Position numbers and translations under genes: made by a program. A DNA stretch of 63,429 nucleotides, filler included, from Sphacelaria rigidula (lineage: Eukaryota), in the NCBI GenBank assembly GCA_964200075.2. It is 6 parts of 6 records of this genome, joined end to end, with 100 filler letters (N's around TTAATTAATTAA, not from the genome) between each part and the next. Parts side by side here need not be neighbours in the genome. Positions count along the whole stretch, not along the records: positions 1 to 10,489 come from CAXNAA020006407.1; positions 10,590 to 21,078 come from CAXNAA020006408.1; 4 more parts are not named here. One strand, written 5' to 3'. Under the pieces are notes generated by a model that worked only from the letters and a program-made list of their open reading frames with translations, ran no database searches and was not told the DNA's origin. Positions 1 to 11,072 of the stretch are shown one piece after another (position 1 is the first letter of the stretch; each line of letters begins with the position of its first letter).

Positions 1-3000
1 TGAGGAGGGGATTCGTTCGATATGGTCGAGATGAGATTGGCGAAACGCCAGGTTGCAGTGTTATCTCGAATGTCAATGTTTTACAATGCCCGAGATCCGT
101 CTTGGATCGTGAAAATCTGTCCTGATATTCCAGGAGAACATCTTGTACCTCTTGGATGGCGGCGGGCTCCCAGCCCGGACCATTTAGGTCAAAATGGATA
201 TCACACAAATGAGATGGAAGTTGGTGCCACATTTGCAAGAAATGTTTCCGAGAATCGACTGATAAGCGTTGAAACACTTCATCAGGAGGTTCAGCAGGGG
301 TTCTGTCGGGTTCCACCGCAGAAATCTGAGTCGGGGATGAGGCGGAGGGATTGAAGTATGGCTCATCGACGCCGTGGACAAAACCATCAGTCGGCTCCGT
401 GAGATCAGGCGCCGGAGGATCGGCTACACAGGTTTCCAGAGGAATGTGCATAAGAGGAGCCGCGGCGATGCCCAAGACTTTGCCAGGTTCCAAATTGGCA
501 TGGCCTGTGAGAGGCAGGAGTTGATCGCCGTCCGAGACAAAATGCTCAGTGCCAGCGGGCGCACCGACTTTGGGCAGTAATTCCGCAAGGTAGTAGCCGG
601 TGAGGGCAGGCATACCGTTGCGGCGAACAAGCAAAACTTCCAAGAGTTGAGGCTCGTCGGAAAGGGTGACGCAAGAAGTGCCATTGTACCGAAGATGGTA
701 AGCCGCTCCAGTAGCCTGCTCATTCTTTTTGCAGGCGAAGGCACCATTGAGGGTACCAAAGTGTTCCAGTTGGAGCTCTCCACGAGGCGCCGACTGAGGC
801 GATAATGGTGGGAGGGTGCGGTACGTACGTTGGTCGAACCGCATGTAGCTATCTCTGCCCACAAGGAGAGCATGCTATCAGAAACGATGTAAGCCCAGAC
901 TGCGAGGCTAGCCGAACGTGTGTCGTGGTGGGGAAATTCCACACTAAGACGAACAGATTTTCGTGCCGTCAAGGGTGAATTGGAGTCGCCGAAACCGCCC
1001 CAAACGCGAGGTTGGGTGGTGATTTCGCAGACATCGGAAGCAGCGCTAGTCTGCTTCATATGATTCCACATGGATTCTTTGGTGAATGCCTGTGGACTTC
1101 CGCTGTCTAACAACGAGATGCACTTGGCACGCGCGGTGGCGTAAGGGCCGCAGTGTAATGCTACGCGGGTAGTGAAGGTGGCAGGATCAACGTACACCTT
1201 ACCACCAATAAGGTCAGGGCCATGTTCAGATAACGTGAATTGGTCAGGATTAGTTGGACTGACCGTGAAAACGGATGGCGGTTGATCCGCGGAGAGTTCG
1301 AAGGTATCGGTAGACAGCGCGGGGGTCTGATCCGATCGTGAAGGGCAGCGTGAATCAAAATTGTGATCAATCTCGTAGATGCCTGGCTTGGAAGTACAAG
1401 GGTCATCAGTAAAAATAGATTGCTGAGAAGTGCGACAGGGGTCATCGGTGGAGGACGCGTCACCGTCTGAAAGGTCCGATTTGGATTTCTCTTGGGTGCC
1501 TGGCAATGTCATCGAGCTCAAGGTCGCCGCGTTTCGGGGAGAATGAGGTCGGAATTTTCCTCTGACGAGAGGGGGGCGTGTCAATGCTCGCGCTTCCTTG
1601 GGGGCATGACAACGAGGCTTCCTCTCGTGCCGTGACAAATGGCTGGGAACTTCCAAGACTTCTTGGGAAACTGCGACTGCGTCCAGTTGAGGTGATGTTG
1701 TCAGCATCGGGGTATGCTCGGCCGAAACTTGTGGACTGTCCGCTGGTAAGCTCGGTACGAAGGGCACTGCTAAATGTGAAAGGAGACGAGTGTTGTCCAC
1801 TGTATATCGGGGTAGTTTCGAGGAAGGAGAGTGTCGCGAAAAAGGACTACGATCAGGCCGGGTGGGATTCGAAGGGTTTGAAGCGGTCAATTCCGAACCA
1901 TCAACACCAGAGCCAGGTGAAGGAAGTCTGCTACAACCGGAGCGTATGGTCGTTGAGGAAAGCCTGTGCCTCAAGGGTCCGCGGTCGGTCTTCCCACACC
2001 TCAGATTTATACTTAGTTCCGGAGGACCAGTTCTGGAGCCAAGCATAGAGCTGGGTTGTGAGTCGACACAACGCGAGCGAGAGTCGCTATGGTTGTGGTA
2101 AGGCTGGCGAGGGTGGCGAGAAGGTGGATTATACTCGCGCATGCGCTTTTGCCATCGGCGCCACGCCTGCCAGTTGCTCTGAAGTTCAGGGTTCATGAGC
2201 GAAAAATATTGATGCAAGGTTCAAGGCAATCTCGCATAATGTGGCCAGTACCATTGCAGTTAATGCATGTGTTAGCATGGCGACGAAAAGCATCCCTGCG
2301 AGCCGAAGGCGAAAGCAAGGGGGCCCACAAATGTGGGTCGTCGGTGATGAAAGCAGTCGTGGAAACGACATAAACGTCATCAAAAGTGTCTGCCGAAAAA
2401 GGCCAAGCGTCGAAGCTTGCACGGAGCGGGTCTCTTTTATTACGAACAGACACGAGCGATCCACCGACAGGGTTTCGTGTCCAAGTATTACTGGACAAAG
2501 TCTAAGTGGGTCCACGAGGCCCGGAGGTACTCGTTGACGCGGCACGCAAGGTCTGCGAAGACCTAGAAGAACACTGTGCGCCACGAATGGCAGGCGTCAA
2601 ATTATGTTCCTGATCTACAAACGCATTTCACATCGCGTCTACGGAGGCGTAAGGCACTTCTTTGTGCGTCAAAGCGCCCGGAAACAAAGACGTCATCAGC
2701 GTCGGAAATTGCTGAGCGATACTATTGCGAACGTATGTTTGACACATAGCATCACTAGGGCCATTCTGTCGCCCGGTACCAGTCACACTCGACACCAAAA
2801 GCTTAAATGGGTTGAGGTAGTCAGCAAAGGGCACGTCTGTTGCCACGGCGAAGGAAATGAGGCGCTTGATGGCGCCTGCCTGATCAGACTTATCAAAATT
2901 ACCCTATGAAACGCCTTTCCAAATTGCTGAATAATAGCGACGCTGGTTGCCCGCTGGCACGATCTTGGCCCATGGCGGCGAAGAAGGAATCGAGAATCTG

Positions 3001-5686
3001 CGTCAAAGAGGTAACAACGTCAGGGGAGCGACGGCTGATTGAGCGGTGCAAAGCCTTATGCAGCGGTGTTTGCCATCCATCAACCCAGTCAGAGTATTCG
3101 AAACGTTGTTGACCAATTGCATCGGCCAATTCAAGGATGTTGCGCATCGTGCGACGCATTGAGGAAATGAGGGCTGACGTAACCTGACCAGAGTCTTCAT
3201 TTTCTGCAGCAGGCATGGTTTTGATATGCCAGAGTTTCTTCACATTCATCTGTAGGTACTCCCGCTTGATCGCGGCGACACGAGATGCTTCTCTAGGAGT
3301 ATCAACAGCGGCTTGATCAGCGGCAGCTTGTTGTTTAGTGGCGGCGGCGGCGGCAGCTAATGACCGAGCCGAGGTGCCCGCATGGCGGCAAAGAGGGCGG
3401 CGACGGCGGTCTCATACTCAGAACGACCGTCCCCGGCACCAATCGTGAGGTAAAACACGATTCGTTCGATGGTTAGGGCACCTGGGTCGTTTCGCGGCAA
3501 TTGTCCACCTTGTTGAAGAAAGGAGACGATAGCACTATTAACTGGCAGGGTGAGAGAGCTTCAAGCCTGCTCAGAGGCACGAAGGACGTTGTTGCGGGTG
3601 TATTCTCCCGAGAGTTGGCGGAGCGTCCAACCGAGCCAAGCACGTTCGCTGCCCTGCAGGTGCAGCCCGGGTGTGGCGGCGGGGGGCGCCGAAGCTCGAG
3701 GGACCCACAGTGGTGCAGGCGGGGGGAGCGTAAGCGAAGCCGTAGAAGCAGCGACAGCAGCGTGTAAGCGCGTAGGCTGGCGGTTTCTGGTAAAGCCAGA
3801 AATGGCGGCGGGAGGTGCAGGTTTAGTCGGCGTTGTCCGGAGCAGAGGGAGGTGTTGCTCTTGTTCCACGGAACGTAGGGCCGTGGTCGCAGTTTCTGTC
3901 GCGGTCTCGCACTGGCGCAAGCGGTGTTCATCGCATCGTACCGAATCCTGCATCTAGCCGAGCGCAGCGAGGCGTTCATTGAGGGTACGTTGAGCCGCCC
4001 GCTGGCGGCCGGATGCCGAATCGACGGCCTGGCGTTGTCCGCCGGTTGTCGGGGTGAAGGTGGCGCCGGGGCCGTGGCCGGTTCGAAATCCTGGTACTCA
4101 GCCAGAATTTGTTCTTGGTCCGCTCGTGCACCACGAAACCAGAGCCGGGGCGGAAGGCCCGGCGGGCAATGCTCGACGCCCAACAGGGGGCAGTCGTCCG
4201 TGTCAGACTCGGGGGCAGGCGCCGGAGCCGAGCCCGCGGCAGTAGAAGTTGGCGGCGAAGTGGCCGATCTCGCCAGGGCGGCCGTGACAGGGGCGTGACC
4301 CTGATCCGCCGTGGCGGGATCCGCAGGTGCCGCCGCGCGGGGAGCGGGGGGCGTGACACGCGCGCTCTCGGCATCCGTATCAATGTCGGCAGCCGCAGAA
4401 GGTGAAGGGGCTGCGATGGGTGCAGTAGTCGAAGGTGCAGGAGCATTGGCCATAGCTGCAGCTGAGCGTAGGTATCGACGAAGATCTGCAATTTGTCGTT
4501 CGACAGCACGCACGGTGGCAGCATCAGGATGGGGCGGAAGGGCACGGTGAGTGCTGCGTCCACTGCGCAAAGGGGCGTGAATATTAGCCAACGAAGCATC
4601 AACAGGCAGTCGTGAGCTCACATGTGTCCGATCGACAGATTTAGGCCGTGAGGATCCCGTGGTTGAAGATAGTCCCGGTAACAGAGCACGTACATCATGG
4701 ACATGAGTAGTGGTATCACCGTGGCGAACAAGGTCGTCATTATCCAAATCGAAATCAGAAGCAACATCTGAGGTTGAACGTTAGTCGTCATGGGCAGCAG
4801 CCGCTGGTACAGAGGCCTGATGATTCACATTACTGTCAAAGTGAACATGATCTGAGGACGTTGAATGTTGAACGGCGGTGTGAAACGCGGGCGCTTGTGA
4901 AAGGGCAGTTGTCGCCGAACCGTCAGAAACGACAGCCGGTGATGAACGAAGCAAGTGCTCAAGAGCCGTTACTAAAGGCAAGGGCTCTGTGGAAGACGCT
5001 TCGGAGCGGCCAAGACGCGAGGAAGATGTTCGGCGCGAGGTGTGGTGAACAGAAGTGTCCTCACGATACTTGTCTTGTTGGTGCGGGCACTGGGAGGCGT
5101 CGAAACCTTCGTCACCGCGAGCGCGGGGTGAGTCAATAACCGCGGTAGAAGCCAGAAGTGGTTTGTGTTTCACAACAGTGGCAACGCGTGGCGACTCGTC
5201 AGACATGTGGGAACCCCGAGACGGAGCACGTTGCACAACAGAGCGAGCGCGTAGCGACTCGTCGATCTTGTAGGAACTCCCAGACAGTGGGTGTGTCACA
5301 ACAGAGCGAGCGCGTAGCGACTCGTCGATCAAGTTGGAAGTCTTCGACAGTGCACGATCCGCGACAGAGCGAGCGCGCAGCGACTCGTCGATAGTGTCGG
5401 GAGTTTTGAACGGTGTACGGTTCGCAACAGAGCGAGCACGCAGCGACTCGTCGATCGTGTTGGAAGTCTTGGGCAAATGGCGGTCGTAGTCACCAGTAGT
5501 CGCCAAGTCTTGAGACGTGTAGTCGTCAGAGTTGAGGGCCGAAGCTCTGTCGGATTTCACTTCTTCGTGTACAGGGAAAGTAAGTGTGAAGGGTTTGGAA
5601 GGAATTGATGAAAGCAAACGCTGACGGCATAAAGATTTGTAAGTAGGGAGGGCCGAGGGAAGAATTATTTTCTGCGGTTGCGCCAT
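1..5686 (-). mobile_element. Degenerate Ty3/Gypsy LTR retrotransposon, gag-protease-start of RT (multiple frameshifts and stops)
   Basis: Minus-strand frames read in Gypsy order: putative start MAQPQK at 5686, long low-complexity N-terminus, gag-like segments 3249-2628, CCHC knuckle CINCNGTGHIMRDC (~2230-2271), aspartic protease motif LLDSGS (~1097-1114), RT N-terminal signature DRFSRSKTDLGHCKTLTFEITLQPGVSPISSRPYRTNP (~6-122) running off the contig end. Confidence 0.9.
5112..5456 (-). repeat. 63-bp (21-codon) tandem array inside gag ORF; conserved 30-nt core encodes IDESLRARSV
   Basis: Core ACAGAGCGAGCGCGTAGCGACTCGTCGATC starts at 5238, 5301, 5364 and 5427, with degenerate copies at 5175 and 5112. 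The period is exactly 63 and the array is in frame in ORF 4781..5731. Confidence 0.95.
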
Positions 5687-7960
5687 GTTAAATTGAAGAG
5701 GTAGAAATGGACGCCAGATACCACTGTACAAGAGTTCTTGTATAATAATAGCAGGTAGTTTAGACTCGGCAGGAGATTGTAAGTACCGAAAACAAATTAA
5801 GCAGTAAAGACTACACGATTTTATAAACGGAGTTACACCAAACTAGAGGAGACTGCTGTGATAATAACAATCAGCGTAAGCTCGGCAAGTCCGAGTACCG
5901 AAAAGGCAGACAGCAGAGCAAAAAGGTGGAGATTATTAAACGACGAAAAGGGAGGATCTGCGGGGGCAGTAAGACATCTGTAGAGGAAACTGTGTATGGG
6001 GGAGTAGGGGGGGGGGGGGGCGCACTGAAGGTATACCAAAGGTGTAAATAGTCGCAAAGGAACAAACTCACAGATAAACCCAACTGTTGTCGCACGAGAG
6101 GTTTGGCGTAAGAGTAAAACCTAATAAATGAGGTGACTGTGAAAGAAAACAAACACCCGGGCAGATGTCCGACGGGCGCGCTGTGCACGTCAAATATGAC
6201 AGAGATACGTAGTGGCCAGGCACACGTTGGACAAGGGTATTGCAGTGGTGCAAGTAAAATACCGCACACAGGAGGTGTAGAAAAACACCACTCGAGACCG
6301 CTGAAGTAGGCACCAATACAAGTGTAGGACACGTTGCTAAAATGGAGGCGATGTGCAAATATCTGTGAAATACAAGACAGAAAGAGAATCAAAAGTGCGG
6401 CAGCAAGGGTGCGAAACAGCGAACTCAAGTGCAGGTTTCCAAGAGAAGACAGCTGTAGCAGCCGACTGAAACACTACTCGTTGGTGCGGGTCAGGCGCCA
6501 AGCTGAAAAGACTACAAGACGATACGAAATTTCGGACAAGAAATCAGGGAATCGTAAAGCGATCCAGGCAGTGGAGTACCAAAGGGGAGAAAGGGGAACA
6601 CGCTGTGCAAGGCCAAAAGGAAGAAGAAACTGTGTATGTAGTACCCGCGCGAAAGATAAAAGACGTTTCCACCGGTACACGCACAAAATATGAAAAACGC
6701 GTCGTGGAATGCACGACCCAAAGGTGAAAAGTTGACCACGTAGTGCTTACCCAGAAAAAAAAATGTAGTAGCAGGGCGGAGGTGTGATAGAAACCTGATG
6801 GGAGGTGCGACGAGAGACGTACAGCACCGAATGTGTCAATTGTGTTGGTGCAGATGGTCGCGCGGGGGAACAAAAGAGTGTGTATTACAGTATACTGCAC
6901 GCTGGAGCGGCAGTCGCTACTACACAGGTGTTGCACCGAAAACGTAAGCGTGGATGTTGTAAGCGGTGAACTAAACACTAAAGCAGGCAGTGTCAAGAGT
7001 AAGAGGGCACCGCACTACAAACACAGCAGCGGCACACAAGTGTCAACGTCCTGCAAGGAGAAAAGGTATAATCGCTGTCGCCGTAAGATAAAAGCGGCGG
7101 GGTTGGATCTGTACAAGAAGATATAATGTCAACTGTCCGCAAGGGTTTGCAACAAGCAATCTGACACAGCGCTGGGCGGGATGCCCGACGAGCGATGTGG
7201 GGCAGAAAAGGACGATGACAACAGAACAAGGGCACTACAAATCAAGAGTGTGGCCCAGCAAAAGGAGCGACCAAAGCAGGAGAAGGACAAATGGCAGGTT
7301 ACAATTGTTGCTGCTGCGGCTGAGCTGCGCAGCGGAGATGCAACTGAACGAATGCAGGAAGATAGCACTGTAGTACAGCAAAAAGGAAGAACTCTAAAAG
7401 CTAAACGAAAACGAAGGACTGTTGAAACTGCTACTGACTAGGGGGAAAAATACAGGTGGACCAGAAGTGTGGGGTAACAAACGTGGGCTACAGAAAGAGA
7501 CAGCTAGACAAGGCAACAAGGCTATTAGAATACGCGTGGGCTACAGAAAAACCAAGCGAGACACGACCAATGAGTCGAACGCTAGTGTATTGAAGAGAGG
7601 TATGAAGAGGAGTCACACACCTTTCTTGAGAGATCAATGTGCTGCAAGCTTGGTAAGATGCGCAAACGCGCAAGGTGTCCGAGTCAAACAAGCTGCAGAT
7701 ATACACCTGAAGATTCACATGACTGTTGGTCACGGTAGCGAACAAACAAAGGGAGCTCAAAGGCTTGATATGTTTTAATCTCTCACTGATTATTCCCTTG
7801 ATCGCCCAGCACACTGTTCTCACCAAAGGCAAACAGTAGGAGCAGATGGTCCAGCTCGAAGGGTAGCTCAAGAGTGAGCGAGGGTGCATGAGGTACATGC
7901 AACGCGACCTATCTGAGCTCGACCCGAGAAGGCGTTTGCCTCCTCGGGATCAGGGCATGT

Positions 7961-8050
7961 CAGCCTGCACACTAATCTTCCCCAGTTAGGATATACCAGC
8001 CTGTGCATCAATCTTCCCTAGGACGTAGCCTGTACATCAACCTTCCCCAG
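7961..8050. repeat. Three imperfect ~25-bp direct repeats in the putative LTR/UTR region
   Basis: CAGCCTGCACACTAATCTTCCCCAG / CAGCCTGTGCATCAATCTTCCCTAG / TAGCCTGTACATCAACCTTCCCCAG. Confidence 0.75.
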
Positions 8051-8441
8051 AACTATGGGAGCATTCACATGGCTGGATCGAGTAATCTGTGAGCCAACCC
8101 GCCCCAAAACTGTCTGAAGGAAGAAATAACGCCTCTCTATCTTCCTTCCTGATGACACTCACCCACCCAGACGAACCTATATTTGAGGTGCGATGAAATC
8201 TCAAGAGCAACAAAAATTGAGGCTTGTCTCAACGATCAAGTCATGAGGAGACAACGCGAAAAAGAAAAAAAAGCAAGAAGGCAATGACCAGCCCGGTGCC
8301 CGATCCTCCCACACCTCAAACAAGAAAATCCAAAGGTGCCTCAAGAAGCGCGATTACGCAATCGCGGTTGACTGCGCAGGAGCACTCAATGCTGCGGCGA
8401 GCTAGCGAACAAACGGAAAAAGCACACAATGCTTTGACGCG

Positions 8442-10489
8442 CTAGCTAGATAAAAAGCAATCGCCGATCTTCCAAGTAGGGCGTTTGTGCATCAAGTTGT
8501 AGAGGGCGGTATTGGATCTTTCAAGCCGTGAGACGTTGATAGCGTGTTGTTCGCGCACCAAGGTGAAAGCTTTGCGCTGACGAGCCCTGGCGAGGTCATA
8601 GTAGGACATCTGATCCTGTTCCAGACCTTGGTGACCATCGAAGGTATGTCGTTCGAAAACGGTGATGGGCAGACGAGGGTAGCGTCCAAGGTGCAGCTCG
8701 TTGGGCGAGAGGCCCGTAGCCGCGTTAACCGAATTGTTGTAAGACAACATGACATGCGAGAGCTGAAGGTCCCAGTCATTTTGTCGGTCGTTGACGACCA
8801 TGGAGAGCATTTGAACCATCGTGTGGTTCACACGTTCAGTCCCACCATTACCGTTAGGGTGGTAGGCGCTCGTGGCATTTTTACGAATGCCGAGGCTCTT
8901 GTACAAAGCATCCGAGAGTTCGGAGCAAAATTGTTGACCATTGTCGGAGAGGAGCGGTTTCGGGCAGCCATAGTGCTTAATGTAGTCATGGACGAGAATG
9001 TCCGCTGTGCCGGCAGCAGTGAAATCGCTAGCAGTAACATCATACATAGCCGCGTGACGGCTGAAGCGGTCGGTGAAGAGTAGAATGTAGGTATTACCAC
9101 GGTCACTTGGGGGTAAAGGGCCGAAGTAGTCGAACGATACGAAGTGACCAGGAGCGTTTGGAAGCTCCATGGAAATCACTGGCCATCGCACAGTCTATCG
9201 AGAGGTTTTGCGAGCCTAAAATTTGAAACATCGTCGGACCCGAAAACACGTGGACGCTTCCATGCCAATCCACCAATAAAAGCGTTCGAGAAGCGCTAAC
9301 GTGCGCATGACGCCTAAGCGGCAGGACAAATCAGAGTGACAGCCCTTCATGACCCACGGACACATCATGATAGGGACATAGATGCGGATAAGCGCGTCAT
9401 GACGCATACGTGCCGGAGCGGCAGGTGTCACCGCGGCAGCCGTGCCCAAATGGGAGTCTGGGCGGCGAGCAAGCAAATGGACGTCGTCGTCAGTCGCGAA
9501 GATAGTGCCTTTGCGTGCCAGCTCGAGCACTTCAGAGGCGGTGGGGGCAGGTAGAATGCCCACGGGGGTCAGGATCTCAGCCGGAAAAGGGGTGGGGCAG
9601 TTAAGCCGTAAGTACCGCATTGTCGCACGACAGAACGGTCCCTGTTGTTGGTCGCGAGCCCAATCACGGTGAGAGTAACTAGCGAGAAAATCTCGAAGTT
9701 GCCCTTCAGCCGGAGAGCCAACCAAACATGGTGGCTCAGGAGGAGGTGGCACAGGTGAAGAAGCAGGGGTGCCGACGTCAACATCTTGATCCGGGAGCGG
9801 ATCTGGCGCATGTGTATCGCGAGTCAGTGGCGCAGGTGCTGGGAGATTCCCAGAAGGTGGCGTGGGGGTAGCGCGAACTAGTGAACGCGATCGACGCGTT
9901 GGGCGCACAAGGGGCGCGGGTGGTGTTGGTACAACACTGGGCATGCGGCCGGTTGTTGGAGGCGTGGTACGCACGAGGCGGCGGCGGCGACGCATTGCTA
10001 GAAGCGGCCGGCGGCGATGGTGGCATCACAGCACGCGAAGAATTTGCACGAGCTACCAACCGAGAGCGTGTGTTGTCAGAGATGAGGTGAACAGTTGGTG
10101 GTGGCGGCGCCGAGATGTTCGCGCGAGGGCCGAAAGTGCGGAAGTCGGCAAAATCAGCAGCCGTGGGCGCTAAGCCATACAAGACTGTATCAGGGGGCAG
10201 AGGGCGGGGGTCACCGATGTGCAGACCTGTTTCGGGGCATTGCAGGTCGAACGCGTAGATGGGCGTAGAAAAACGCCGAATGGGGTAGACGCCCGGTTCG
10301 GCAGGTTCAGTCAAGAGGCAATCGCGAAAGAAGGTCAGCATTGCCGTTGGTTTTTCCCGGACGGTGTTCAACAGTGTACTGGTAGGCAGTCAAGAGCTCC
10401 AGCCACCGTTGTACGCGGGGGTTATGTTCTCCAACCTTAGCGAGTTGTTCAAGAGCTCCGTGATCTGTATAGATGTGGAAAGGCACGTG
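8442..10489 (-). mobile_element. Ty3/Gypsy pol C-terminus: RNase H end plus integrase (pseudogenised, C-terminally truncated)
   Basis: RNase H end FHIYTDHGALEQLAKVGEHNPRVQRWLELLTAYQYTVEHRPGKTNGNADLLSRLP (~10316-10480). Degenerate HHCC region GCHSDLSCRLGVMRTLALLERFYWWIGM. Integrase core SFDYFGPLP...LLSDNGQQF...SAYHPNGNGGTERVNHTM (DDE) in ORF 8442..9191. Confidence 0.93.
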
Positions 10490-10589
10490 NNNNNNNNNNN
10501 NNNNNNNNNNNNNNNNNNNNNNNNNNNNNNNNNTTAATTAATTAANNNNNNNNNNNNNNNNNNNNNNNNNNNNNNNNNNNNNNNNNNNN
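10490..10589. other. Artificial contig linker (N44-TTAATTAATTAA-N44)
   Basis: 100-bp spacer with stop codons in all six frames. Identical linkers recur every ~10,588 bp. Confidence 0.98.
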
Positions 10590-11072
10590 GAGAGGAATGT
10601 TTACGTAGTGCGGGGAGGGTTTTCATTCGTACGTGGATTGTGTTTGTGTGTATGGCACAACGGTAGATGATTATCTTGCATTTGGATGACAGCCTACAAT
10701 GAGTTGCTTTATTTTCTGCTATCGCCACTTCCAGAGACAGCCACAGCTTACACACTGCCTCATGGGTGTTTTATCATGGTGGTGGGGGGAGATGGATTGA
10801 TCTCTTTGAGAGTACGGACTCGTCCCGAGAGCGTGGAGGTAGGTGTTGAGGAGTATGACAAAAAATAAACAGCAATCAGTTTTTTTCTGCTTTCTGGACG
10901 ACACCGTTGCGTTGGCTCCCTTGCCATGATTTCCCCGCCCAATGAACACATCCAGGGTATGGTTGGGTAGCGACACCTTGAGGGAGAAATCAATACTCGG
11001 ACGCGGCCTCAAAAGAAGGAAAAAATGTGGATATTTCATGTGTGTACACGCCGTGGTTTCTGTGCCCAACAG

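Noticed and set aside
5112..5489. Bona fide CRISPR array
   Set aside because: Eukaryotic retrotransposon context, no cas genes, a period that is a multiple of 3 in an open frame, synonymous core variation and mutually similar spacers.
8110..8200. Hammerhead ribozyme (9-bp hairpin followed by CTGATGA at 8149-8155)
   Set aside because: No proper stem II followed by GAAA, no stem III pairing, and the NUH cleavage triplet is out of register.
10534..10545. TTAATTAATTAA palindrome as a biological site
   Set aside because: It is an artificial six-frame stop linker embedded in N runs.
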